Positions 46,584 through 55,488 of a stretch of 64,000 nt of DNA are shown here, in pieces. Positions within the stretch are counted from its first letter, which is position 1; each line of letters starts with the position of its first letter. The position numbers were made by a program, and so were the translations under genes. The stretch comes from a virus, in IMG/VR virus record IMGVR_UViG_3300020057_000001, positions 32,001-96,000 of that record. One strand, written 5' to 3'. Under the pieces are notes generated by a model. The model had not been told where the DNA came from. It did no database searches and worked only from the letters and a program-made list of their open reading frames with translations.

Positions 46584-47360
46584 TTATTTCATATTTTTAA
46601 ACGCCATCTCAGACCAGCGCACATACACTGCCGAAGGGTAGATGTGTGCAAAATGCCCGCCTGAACTTGGCGGCCAGCCAGCAGCCTCTCCATACTTATT
46701 CAAAGTAAGCATTGAGTTGCGGTTGTCCGCAGCGGTGCCCGCAATACCCTCAACACGTTCCTTGGCACCCTTCAAATATAGAAACACAACATCGTTTTGA
46801 TTTCTGACATTCTCAAGCGTCCTCATGGTTTCACGAGTCCAATAGTTGTCCACACCGTGCTTTCTAAAAAGCATCAGCGCGCAACAAACAAGGTTTAGCT
46901 GGTACGGCTCATAGACTGTAACCGCTTCTACGAAAGCTATAAAACCGAGGAGTGGTTTAAAAATCTTCGCGAGAATAAAACCTTTTAGGCCCATGTGTGC
47001 AACAGTGGCATCTTTACCAAGCGCTAGTCCGAGTTGAGCCCAGCCCATGACGCCCACTCTGTTACGGTTGTCGCTTGCCGTTGGTGAGAGAAGGCCGTTG
47101 TTGGAAGCGAGATAGCGCGCGATGCGTATCTTAGAGAGCTGAGAAGCGCCAAGCAGTGCGCCAATGAACATGTCGCGACTGTTAGAGTTGCGGTAATCCG
47201 TGTTTCTGTTCGCAGCTAGTACGTTGCGCCAAATACGACCGTTGCTGTCAATACAAGCGTCGACGTAGCCTTGCTGCTCCGTGTCCCCGACCGCCACGAG
47301 CATACCTGCGTACAGTAGCGAATCGCCAAAAACATCGGAATATAGTACTTCAGAATTCAT
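46584..47360 (-). CDS. Hypothetical protein, possibly alpha/alpha-toroid fold
   Basis: AAGGA RBS before MNSEV; GDSLL, G..WR, SRDMF.G motifs. Confidence 0.55.
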   Translation of the reverse strand: MNSEVLYSDVFGDSLLYAGMLVAVGDTEQQGYVDACIDSNGRIWRNVLAANRNTDYRNSNSRDMFIGALLGASQLSKIRIARYLASNNGLLSPTASDNRNRVGVMGWAQLGLALGKDATVAHMGLKGFILAKIFKPLLGFIAFVEAVTVYEPYQLNLVCCALMLFRKHGVDNYWTRETMRTLENVRNQNDVVFLYLKGAKERVEGIAGTAADNRNSMLTLNKYGEAAGWPPSSGGHFAHIYPSAVYVRWSEMAFKNMK

Positions 47361-47454
47361 TGTGTGTCCTTTTAATTGTTTAAACTGGTTAGGGTTTGCC
47401 GCTTTTAGTTCTGCTGTGAGTACTGGGTCGTAAGATCCGCTACCAACGCTTGCT

Positions 47455-48117
47455 TCAGTCCTCCTCAACTTCGTATGTTCCAGAAACAAACACACACGCA
47501 ATGCGTGGGGTTCGTCCTTCAATCGAATCAGTGACTGCTTTTGCGGCGGCCTCCGATGGATAGACTTCGCTGGCCCATGTGGCGTATACGCTCACCCACC
47601 CCGAGAACGCTTTTGTTACCATCATTTTTTTCTTGACTATCAAACCTGGAATAGTCACATACGGTAGAACGTCATAGAAGATATGGGTGCGGTTGTTCTG
47701 CGCCATGAGCGAGGTGCTGCCTGCATCTCTTGCTACAGTCCAGGTGAGCTTGTGATCGGTGACCTTAGTTCCCTCAGGCAATGATTCCACAAATTCAAGT
47801 ACCGTGGGTTCTCTATACGGTGGCCCCATGACAAAGTCACGCGGGTCGTGTGTGTACGTTCCAGTGGCGAATGCGCTCGCGGGCGTCTCGAAGGATAAGA
47901 TGTCCTGCGACTGAGATTCGTCGGCAGCACGGTAATGCCCGTTTGATGTGTAGTAGTGGCGCATACCATTACCTCCCTCGAAATAAATACCATACTTGCT
48001 TCTGCGGTAGTGTTCCAAAGTACGAATAATGGTGACTGTCTGGGTCTGACCGTTTCGGAGAGTAACTACGTCTCCGACTCTTAAATCACTAAGGTCTACT
48101 GTCATTTTCGGCTCCAT
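47455..48117 (-). CDS. Hypothetical protein, paralog of 48118..48363
   Basis: N-terminal DLRVGDVVTLRNG...DILSFETP domain. Confidence 0.65.
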   Translation of the reverse strand: MEPKMTVDLSDLRVGDVVTLRNGQTQTVTIIRTLEHYRRSKYGIYFEGGNGMRHYYTSNGHYRAADESQSQDILSFETPASAFATGTYTHDPRDFVMGPPYREPTVLEFVESLPEGTKVTDHKLTWTVARDAGSTSLMAQNNRTHIFYDVLPYVTIPGLIVKKKMMVTKAFSGWVSVYATWASEVYPSEAAAKAVTDSIEGRTPRIACVFVSGTYEVEED

Positions 48118-48388
48118 TTATTTCACCGGTGATTCAAAGGACACAATGTCCAGGTCACGGTCGTCTCCTTCTGCCCGGCCATCCACATCGAAGCTATAGG
48201 GCAAGCCCTGCTCGGTGAAACTAATACTAAAACTACTGTACGCGTATCCATCTGCGCAGTGGACATCTTGGTCCCACGTCTCTTCAACGGACAGAGTTCG
48301 ACCCCCGCGCAAAGTGACGATATCTCCAATTCGCAAGTCGTTCAGGTTCATTTTCGGCTCCATTTATTTCACCTGTAGTTCAAAGGAC
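48102..48388. repeat. 41-bp imperfect direct repeat at two gene junctions (48102..48142 and 48348..48388)
   Basis: tcattttcggctccatttatttcacc-N5-ttcaaaggac. Confidence 0.9.
48118..48363 (-). CDS. Hypothetical protein, paralog of the 47455 N-terminal domain
   Basis: DLRIGDIVTLRGG...DIVSFESP. Confidence 0.65.
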   Translation of the reverse strand: MEPKMNLNDLRIGDIVTLRGGRTLSVEETWDQDVHCADGYAYSSFSISFTEQGLPYSFDVDGRAEGDDRDLDIVSFESPVK

Positions 48389-48397
48389 GTTCAACGC

Positions 48398-48829
48398 TCA
48401 TTCGTCTAGTGACGCTTTACATTGCGTTATCAACACTTGACATTCTTCGAGCGTCTCGTAGGTATCACACGGCTTGCACGCAGCAACGGATTCGACTTCG
48501 CAACTTTTCTTGACGCCATCCGACGTGCTTGTACACGACCAGTCACCAAGACAGGCAAAATACTCGCAAGACAGGCACGTGGTCATAGCGCGAGCTACAG
48601 CCGCCGACTCCCTTAGCAACCTTTCTCTTTGGTTCAAATCGTCAGTTTGTGTGTACACAGGACCGAGGAAATAACCACAACTCACCGCCAGCAACCCCAG
48701 TGCGGCTACAAGCCCTATTCGTTTACGCACGCGAGCCCCCAAAGTGCCAAAACAATTGCGAGCGTCAGCGCAACAATTGAGAGGTTGATGTAACGACCAA
48801 CCAACAACCCCAAAGCGACGTAGCAGCAA
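48398..48829 (-). CDS. Cys-rich exported or lipoprotein-like protein (start uncertain)
   Basis: LLAVSC lipobox-like segment, about eight Cys downstream. Confidence 0.45.
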   Translation of the reverse strand: MLLRRFGVVGWSLHQPLNCCADARNCFGTLGARVRKRIGLVAALGLLAVSCGYFLGPVYTQTDDLNQRERLLRESAAVARAMTTCLSCEYFACLGDWSCTSTSDGVKKSCEVESVAACKPCDTYETLEECQVLITQCKASLDE

Positions 48830-48853
48830 AGACTGTACAAACTAAACAGGATA

Positions 48854-49024
48854 TTATTCTTTGTCATCAGGCTTGTCTTTCTTGAATATCTTCTCGTCGC
48901 AGTACAGATAGGCTAGCCGCAGTGCCTGCATGCGTATACCGATCAGCTCGGGGTTCATCTCTTTCGATTTCTTGATCTTCTTTAGCGTAAGACCCTTTTT
49001 TACTTTTACTTTGTCGTCACTCAT
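48854..49024 (-). CDS. Small basic protein
   Basis: ATGA overlap with the AAA gene. Confidence 0.5.
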   Translation of the reverse strand: MSDDKVKVKKGLTLKKIKKSKEMNPELIGIRMQALRLAYLYCDEKIFKKDKPDDKE

Positions 49025-50085
49025 GAAGATTTCCTTGCAAGTCCGAGTTTTCCAATCCGTACAGCGATGTAGTCCCAAGCCCAGTTTTGAGGGTCCAAGT
49101 CGGCTACATGCGCTAGCCCCGTAGGCCAGTGCTTTAGAGTATGCCTGAATTCTCCGTAAGAAAACATCCCCCTACACGTCTCAGGAAGAGCAGTAGTTAG
49201 CAGATAGTGTGCAGCCATCTCACTCTCCTGGCTCTGAAGATAGCCGATAGTCTCGTTCACAAGCCCTTTGGCTTCTAGCTGAGACACAGCTTCAAAATTT
49301 AACTGTGTGAGCGTCAGTGGAAACACAGTAGTCCTTTTGTCAACGATATCACAGTACTGTTGGAAACGTGCGTTCCCATGCTCTAGGCCCATTTTGCCTA
49401 CGAACACATGGCGAGTTTCATCTCGCGATAGCAGCCCTGTTTCCGCAATCTCAAGAGCTTGATCGAGTTGTCTTGGTGACTCGCTAAGTTTTACCCAAAC
49501 TTCCTCTCCCGATCCCGGCTCTTTAAAAAGCTTTGGGTGTTTCTGTAGCATCTCTGTTGCCAACTTCGACCGCATGGTGCGAGCCACTGCGTGGACGCTT
49601 GGAGCATGCACCACGTGTGTCACGCGTTTAATCACGGCATCCGGTAGGTCACGTACACCGATGTCCTCAGTCTCTAAGTTAGCAGCCGCAAGAATAAGGA
49701 CGTTGTCGGATAGCTTGTACGTATTCATAAATGTGCGATCGAGTAGCATTTCGGTAAACATTCCAAACGTCTGGTCGCTCATAGGCCGATTAAACTCGTC
49801 CAAAAACAACACGGTTTTGGGGACGACGTAGCCTGTGGACGGGTCGTCGCAGAGGTCCTTCACCCATTTGTCAGGGTACGGGATAAGTACCTTGTTTACT
49901 TCGTCTTTGTGTGGGATGCAAAGATTCAGCGGGTCGATATTTAATACGCGCCTCTCAATGTAGTTAAACCCGTGGTTTTGGGCAAACGCTTTTACTAGCG
50001 CAGATTTACCAAACCCGCTCGAACCATGTATCAGGATTGTCTGTTTGGTCTGGAAGTGGGCTAGAAACATGTTGTCGGTAATCAT
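49021..50085 (-). CDS. AAA+ ATPase (MoxR/dynein-related)
   Basis: GSSGFGKS, LFLDEFNR, AAAN, LPDAVIKR, SPR. Confidence 0.85.
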   Translation of the reverse strand: MITDNMFLAHFQTKQTILIHGSSGFGKSALVKAFAQNHGFNYIERRVLNIDPLNLCIPHKDEVNKVLIPYPDKWVKDLCDDPSTGYVVPKTVLFLDEFNRPMSDQTFGMFTEMLLDRTFMNTYKLSDNVLILAAANLETEDIGVRDLPDAVIKRVTHVVHAPSVHAVARTMRSKLATEMLQKHPKLFKEPGSGEEVWVKLSESPRQLDQALEIAETGLLSRDETRHVFVGKMGLEHGNARFQQYCDIVDKRTTVFPLTLTQLNFEAVSQLEAKGLVNETIGYLQSQESEMAAHYLLTTALPETCRGMFSYGEFRHTLKHWPTGLAHVADLDPQNWAWDYIAVRIGKLGLARKSS

Positions 50086-50116
50086 AAAAATCCTCTCGGT
50101 TTATTTCCTAGTGTAG

Positions 50117-50143
50117 TGTTCGGAGGGAGCGCGCAAAACTTGA
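50117..50143 (-). promoter_or_regulatory. sigma28/FliA-like promoter
   Basis: Minus strand TCAAGTTT-N11-TCCGAACA. Confidence 0.55.
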
Positions 50144-50168
50144 GAGGAATTCACATATTTTTTAGCAA

Positions 50169-51299
50169 TCATATTTTTATTAAATGAAACCTATGCTGCG
50201 TTCTCACCAAATCCCACGCAATCTCTAAGTCGGATAGCACAACGACATCGAGGTTGTTTCCGTGGTCTTTATAAATTTTGTTCATCATGGCGTCCGAGAT
50301 TACTGTTCCACCCCCGCCTACAAACGCTTTAGCATCCAAACTAAATGGTCGGATATCCGCATCAAACGTGTAAGTCGCTAGAAGCTTACCGCTCGCTTCC
50401 ATGTGCTTGCAGCCTGCGTAGAGTTGAGAGAGTGTCTCAGGATTACACATAGATCCCGACACGTCAAGTAGTAGGACCGCTTGCCTTGTCCTTCCAGGTA
50501 CTCTCTTAACGCCTGGAAGATACCCGTAGGCGTGGTTAATTGCGCTGCACGTGTAATGCGACTGTGGGTTTTTGAGGCTTAGCCTTTTTGTTACAATCCG
50601 CACTTGCTCTAGCGCATCGCGGATTGTCTTCATAAGTTTCGCCCTAGGGTCAAACGTCAGGTCGCTGTCCATAGCTTGGTGACCAGCGGTAGTCCCCATT
50701 CTTTGCGCAACGTCTTTCGCTGTCATAAGCTTATGCCTAATTAAGTCACCCACACCGTCTTCAATTTCGTGCTCGTCAAAAGACGGGGGGAGTTCGTCCG
50801 CAATGTCTAAGATCCGGTTGTAATAGTACACCCAGTCTTGGTTTCGCTCCAAGACGACGTGGGTGACGTTTGAGTGCTCTTTTGCCTTCCGGTCTATGGT
50901 CTCCTGCAAAGATTCCACGGTAACCATACCACCCAGCACGTCCTTAGTGGCTTGGGCTTCCGTTGGAAATAACCTGATAAGGTCTTCATGCAACGCTGCG
51001 TCCATGGCCGCGTTCGCAATCCGCTTTTCAAACTTAGACATCTTTTGCATCTCTAGGTAAGTGGCTATCTGGTATATGTGGCGGATTTCGTGGCATAAGA
51101 CAAACAAAAACGTATCTTTGCTTGAGCACACGGCGTCACCCAAGGTGATCGAGATCCCGCTTGGAGTAAACCGCACACTGGCAGACGGCGTCTCCGAATT
51201 GTGTGACACCGACACTTGCTGGAGTAGCGCGAGGGTGTGATACATCCGCATTCTTGCCAGGGTCGTTACCGCGTGTTCGCGCAAGTTACTAATGTCCAT
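50169..51299 (-). CDS. DUF2201-type metallopeptidase plus VWA domain protein
   Basis: HEIRH, NAAMDA, MIDAS DVSGSM, GGGGT, LSD. Confidence 0.85.
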   Translation of the reverse strand: MDISNLREHAVTTLARMRMYHTLALLQQVSVSHNSETPSASVRFTPSGISITLGDAVCSSKDTFLFVLCHEIRHIYQIATYLEMQKMSKFEKRIANAAMDAALHEDLIRLFPTEAQATKDVLGGMVTVESLQETIDRKAKEHSNVTHVVLERNQDWVYYYNRILDIADELPPSFDEHEIEDGVGDLIRHKLMTAKDVAQRMGTTAGHQAMDSDLTFDPRAKLMKTIRDALEQVRIVTKRLSLKNPQSHYTCSAINHAYGYLPGVKRVPGRTRQAVLLLDVSGSMCNPETLSQLYAGCKHMEASGKLLATYTFDADIRPFSLDAKAFVGGGGTVISDAMMNKIYKDHGNNLDVVVLSDLEIAWDLVRTQHRFHLIKI

Positions 51300-52189
51300 T
51301 ACAAATCCCTTTCATCACGAAAGCCCAAAAACACAGGAAACCGCGGGCGACCTTCCGATCCCACACCCTGAAACTTAAACTTCACATGTCGACCTAGCAG
51401 CCGGTCTTTCTCCGACCAGTAAGACTTTCGAAGACCGTGGGTAAGCCCATCACCGGTGCCGAGCTTAAACTCCAAGCCCTTCCACGCCACGACTAACGCG
51501 CCGAGGGTATCTTTACCGACCATGCCGTCTTGGTGAGACGATCGTTTCGTAGTCCCCAGCTCAGACACTTGTACAACGTTGGTATTCTGCATTTGTTCTT
51601 CATACCCGACGACCAGACCTTCATCGTCCTCGAAAAACTTAACTTTAAGCAAAATTTCTTCTTTTAAAGTAGAGCGTCCGAATTTGTAGCGTCCTTTTGG
51701 ATCTCTTAGCATCGCGCCCTCGAGCCCAAGGTCGACCCAATGCTGTGCTTGAGCAAGCGCCTCTTCGGCACCGGTCACAGTGAAATAAGACAGAAAACAT
51801 ACATGCGGGGGTTCCTTCGCCGCAAGAATGCGTGCTAAGCCCATCGCCCGCTCTTCATAATGTGCTTCGCCTATCTGGTCAAAAACCCAATACGTAAAAA
51901 ATGGAGTTCCGGCTACGCTCATGACCGCTGATTGTGTTTGGTTGAAGTCACAACCGTTCACCATGATTTCACCGTCCATGCCGTCAAGCTCGGGCATCAA
52001 GTAGACAAGAGCTTCGAGTTGCTCGCGTATGTATGTGTTTGGGATAGGCTTCAGTTTGCGGGATACGGCTTTACCGTTCAACAGGATGCAACGTATACCA
52101 TCCAGCTTTGTCGAGATAAGCTTTGGGTATTTGAGTTTTGAGAGGTCGTCGGCTTTTTCAGCGAGTAAAGGTTTAAACTGTTTCGTCAT
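51299..52189 (-). CDS. ATP-dependent DNA ligase
   Basis: KLDGIR, DGEI, FD, EGAMLRD, LLKVK, PRFPVF. Confidence 0.95.
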   Translation of the reverse strand: MTKQFKPLLAEKADDLSKLKYPKLISTKLDGIRCILLNGKAVSRKLKPIPNTYIREQLEALVYLMPELDGMDGEIMVNGCDFNQTQSAVMSVAGTPFFTYWVFDQIGEAHYEERAMGLARILAAKEPPHVCFLSYFTVTGAEEALAQAQHWVDLGLEGAMLRDPKGRYKFGRSTLKEEILLKVKFFEDDEGLVVGYEEQMQNTNVVQVSELGTTKRSSHQDGMVGKDTLGALVVAWKGLEFKLGTGDGLTHGLRKSYWSEKDRLLGRHVKFKFQGVGSEGRPRFPVFLGFRDERDL

Positions 52190-52216
52190 AACGCACTCCA
52201 TTAAGGTCTATCAGAG

Positions 52217-52243
52217 GTATCGCCAGTCTGTGCCAAAACTTGA
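52217..52243 (-). promoter_or_regulatory. sigma28/FliA-like promoter
   Basis: Minus strand TCAAGTTT-N11-GGCGATAC upstream of the ligase. Confidence 0.7.
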
Positions 52244-52407
52244 GAGAAAAGTTTTAAGGTTTTGATCATAGCTGAGGTTTTAGTCAAAAGTCCAGCAATT
52301 CTTCTCATTTTGCGCTCTTGCCTGACACTCAGCTCAAAGATGTTGTTTGGGCACCTAGTCAACTCTGGCCGGTTGGTAAAATGCTAAATAATAAGAGGGG
52401 GGTCGGC

Positions 52408-52728
52408 GTGGACGTAATTGATTGGATCTTTAAAAGCATTCAGGGCGGTAACACGGCACTCGCCATAGCTATAGTATCAGGTGCCGCGTTATACGGTATT
52501 TGGCAGCTCGCTATGCGCTTTTTAAGGTTTTTAACTACCCTTTTTAAAAACACGAATGCAGAACTATGCTCTATGAAAGAGATGTTTGTCGGCTTAACCA
52601 AAGAAGTCGAGAAGTTAAACCTCGTGTTAGAGAAAACCGTAGAACTCAGCTCTCAGCGCTTTGGTCACCTCGAGCACCGTGTCAGCCGCCTAGAGAATCG
52701 TGTCGACGTTTTACAAGATAAAGACTAA
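52408..52728 (+). CDS. Single-TM plus coiled-coil protein, possible holin-like
   Basis: GAGGGG RBS, GTG start; GTAAAAT at 52376. Confidence 0.5.
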   Translation: MDVIDWIFKSIQGGNTALAIAIVSGAALYGIWQLAMRFLRFLTTLFKNTNAELCSMKEMFVGLTKEVEKLNLVLEKTVELSSQRFGHLEHRVSRLENRVDVLQDKD

Positions 52729-52732
52729 CAAT

Positions 52733-53341
52733 ATGACTATCATCGGTATTTTTGTTGCCCTCTTTATCGGTTTAGGTGTGTCTTCTGTTGCTGGCAGGTC
52801 AGGGTACATTGACCCTATCATGCTGACCGGCGACGGTATCAGCGACCCGTTGATTAAAGCCGAAGCTGCCGAGTTCATTCAAGCTTGTGAGCGAAGAGGG
52901 GTAATGGAGCCCTGTGAATTGGGCGTGGGATTTATCACGCGCGGCGAGTTTTGGCATGAAGACGCATTCAACACGCTACCAGGATCGGACGGCGCAGCGG
53001 GTATTACGTACAGTTCGTTTGTCACACCTTTCAAAAACATCTTTATTCAAGCGCACTTGCAGTATGCGTTGACGGATCGGGCCTTAAAAAACCTGATCTG
53101 GCACGAACTAGCGCATGCCGTGTTTCAGGCGGAGCACGACGACTTGTCCCCGCATCTCATGAATTCCGGTTTTGGGATCTACGAGCTAGAAAAAGAGCGG
53201 ATGTCGTGGGATATCTTGGAAGAACACTTGTTTCGCAACTACGGGTTTCCCAACACTCAAAAATTAAAGTTTCATTGTAACTTAAACGACTTACGGGCTT
53301 TGGGTACCCTTCTCATTGCGGGCTACTGCACAAACCCCTAG
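52733..53341 (+). CDS. Exported zinc metallopeptidase (metzincin-like)
   Basis: N-terminal hydrophobic segment; WHELAHAVFQAEH and Met-turn HLMNS. Confidence 0.7.
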   Translation: MTIIGIFVALFIGLGVSSVAGRSGYIDPIMLTGDGISDPLIKAEAAEFIQACERRGVMEPCELGVGFITRGEFWHEDAFNTLPGSDGAAGITYSSFVTPFKNIFIQAHLQYALTDRALKNLIWHELAHAVFQAEHDDLSPHLMNSGFGIYELEKERMSWDILEEHLFRNYGFPNTQKLKFHCNLNDLRALGTLLIAGYCTNP

Positions 53342-53344
53342 GCT

Positions 53345-53947
53345 TCATTTCACACGCTGTAGCTCAACTAGTAAAAACTTAACACAGTCTTCCACCCAGG
53401 CTTCCCACGTCTCTAGTGGAAGCCCTTGCTTTAAGTGTAACAGCGCAGCAAAAGCTCCGCTGCCGTAGTCCCACCAAGAACAGCACGACACGATAGCTTT
53501 TACAGGTGCCGAGGGGTCTGAGGTAAACATTGTGAACGTCTGTTTGTGCGATTGTTCCGCGAGTGCTTTTTGAAGCGCCATCAATGGCTCTGAGCAGAGA
53601 GAATCTTTTCCTACTACCCGTTTAAGCTCTTTGTAAAGCAATTCGGTAAAAAGACCCTGTACTTCTGAATAAGTACGTATTCTTTCAAAAATGAAAACAC
53701 AGAGTTTTGCGGAAATTTCCTCTGGGAATAGCGTAGGGGTACGCAATATGAGGTCTAAGCGACCTAGGCACGTAAACTTGTAGGAAGAGAGCACATCCTC
53801 TATCGTCCCCGCCCAACTTGGAGAAAAGGGAAGGTTCAGCCCTGCTGGGTGGTAGCGAAACGACACAGCAGTTAGGGCGCGATCAAGCTTTGGTGGATTT
53901 TTTTGCACGTTTTGGGCTTTTTGGTGGAGGTGGGGGTAGATTTTCAA
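53345..53947 (-). CDS. Hypothetical protein (start uncertain)
   Basis: 200-aa ORF. Confidence 0.5.
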   Translation of the reverse strand: MKIYPHLHQKAQNVQKNPPKLDRALTAVSFRYHPAGLNLPFSPSWAGTIEDVLSSYKFTCLGRLDLILRTPTLFPEEISAKLCVFIFERIRTYSEVQGLFTELLYKELKRVVGKDSLCSEPLMALQKALAEQSHKQTFTMFTSDPSAPVKAIVSCCSWWDYGSGAFAALLHLKQGLPLETWEAWVEDCVKFLLVELQRVK

Positions 53948-54251
53948 GCATTTCTTCGAGTTCTGTATCCGCTACACCGTCTTCTATACCATCGTCTGCA
54001 CTGTCAGCGCCGTAGACGAGGTTAAAGGGTAGGCCGAGGGCAGGTGCTTTTGTGGGGAGTTGTATGAGTTCTTGGCATTCGGCCACCGCTTGGACGAGCT
54101 TGGCAATTTCTTTCGGGTCGCTGACGTAAGACATGTTACCGGCAATGTCGTATACGGCACGGTATCCCCGCCCTGTGTCTTTAATCAAAGAAACAAACTG
54201 GGGGTTAATATAAAGAGTCTTTTTCATGGAGTCTTGTATACTCAGTATCAT
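53883..54251 (-). CDS. Hypothetical protein with acidic/Pro/Lys tail
   Basis: ATGA overlap with the upstream gene. Confidence 0.55.
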   Translation of the reverse strand: MILSIQDSMKKTLYINPQFVSLIKDTGRGYRAVYDIAGNMSYVSDPKEIAKLVQAVAECQELIQLPTKAPALGLPFNLVYGADSADDGIEDGVADTELEEMLENLPPPPPKSPKRAKKSTKA

Positions 54252-54469
54252 TTTTTCGCCTTTTTCTTCTGGTCGACAACCGGAACCTTGTTGCGCTCTG
54301 TAAGCCTTGCACCGCCGTGGCATAAGTTCCACTCTTTTCCTTTATGCATTTCGGTCATGGTAGCTATAAAATCTTCCCAGGTCTCATGCTCTTCTTTGAA
54401 ATACTCCGTAATCACTATCAAATTTCCGTCCGCTGTGGGTCCGTTGAGCTGATTTCGGTGTACTCGCAA
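54248..54469 (-). CDS. Small hypothetical protein
   Basis: AAGGAG RBS and TTG at 54469; the longer 54248..54898 call is mostly antisense shadow. Confidence 0.5.
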   Translation of the reverse strand: MRVHRNQLNGPTADGNLIVITEYFKEEHETWEDFIATMTEMHKGKEWNLCHGGARLTERNKVPVVDQKKKAKK

Positions 54470-54536
54470 TCGGTTCTCCTTTGTGTCTACAGCTATTTTA
54501 GGCTGTCGGGGGTAAAATGGCAAGGAGGAGAAAACT

Positions 54537-55112
54537 ATGAATATTACTTGGAAAATGGCATCATTGGGTGCTTTCGTTGCTATATCGTTGGGCTTTGTAG
54601 CCGGTCGTATGACCAACCAAGCGACTACCACTTCTGTTGTCGACACAAAAACGTCAGAAGTGAGGGAAGTTGAAAATAAACTTGTTGTCGATGTAGTAGC
54701 AGACAAGGTGGTGGTGGTCGAAAAAGGACCTACAAGAACCAGAACAAAAAAGAAAGTTACACGCCCTACAGGTGAAGTCGAAGAGTCAGAGACTGTGGTT
54801 GAAGAAGGACCTGTAAAAGTCGTCGAAACTGACAAAGGTACGTCTAAGCTGGTTGTAGACGAGAAGTCTAAGACAGCGATAAAAACCGAAACACGCACAG
54901 AGACGACGAGTACGCCACCGAGAAACTGGTTGGTTGGTGGGTCTGTATCTTACGGATTGACAGATGCGCTTCAGCAACAATGGCAAAAACCCGACGTGGA
55001 AATCCACGCGGGCTATCGAATTTTTGGTGGGTCCTACTTCGTCGTACAGACTGGGTTTGATGTTTCAAACCAGAACGTGAAATTAGGCGTGGGTCTGAAC
55101 GTCACGTTCTAG
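54537..55112 (+). CDS. Membrane-anchored protein with Thr/Val/Lys-rich stalk and beta C-terminus ending in Phe
   Basis: AAGGAGG RBS; GTAAAAT at 54512. Confidence 0.65.
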   Translation: MNITWKMASLGAFVAISLGFVAGRMTNQATTTSVVDTKTSEVREVENKLVVDVVADKVVVVEKGPTRTRTKKKVTRPTGEVEESETVVEEGPVKVVETDKGTSKLVVDEKSKTAIKTETRTETTSTPPRNWLVGGSVSYGLTDALQQQWQKPDVEIHAGYRIFGGSYFVVQTGFDVSNQNVKLGVGLNVTF

Positions 55113-55114
55113 TG

Positions 55115-55477
55115 TTAGCCGCGTTTCTTTTTTTCAATGAACAATGCACAGACGTCTAAAGTCGCTTTTAGCGGGTTAGTAACATTCTTCAAGGCCGCGT
55201 TAAAGTCTTTTACGATTTCTTTGGCGTCTTGAAATCCTTTGTTATTCTCCACTTGCTCGGTTTGCGCGTTAATCTCAATCCAAGACGCAGCAGCCATATT
55301 TTCAAGTTCGGCTACGGGCTTGTCGTCCAGTTCTTCAATGCTACCGAATTCGAAACTTTTGGCGATACGCTTAGCTTTCTTTTCGGAAATACCAAACAAC
55401 CCGATGAGCTTGTCCGCCGTTGCGCGTACGTCTTCAGCGTGAATTTCTTTAGTAGGTGTAATCTCGTTAACAGACAT
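55115..55477 (-). CDS. Hypothetical protein
   Basis: AAGGA RBS. Confidence 0.6.
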   Translation of the reverse strand: MSVNEITPTKEIHAEDVRATADKLIGLFGISEKKAKRIAKSFEFGSIEELDDKPVAELENMAAASWIEINAQTEQVENNKGFQDAKEIVKDFNAALKNVTNPLKATLDVCALFIEKKKRG

Positions 55478-55488
55478 TATCGTATCCT

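Noticed and set aside
54470-54898. 5' part of the 216-aa minus-strand ORF
   Set aside because: Antisense shadow of 54537..55112; only 54248..54469 has an RBS and a plausible sequence
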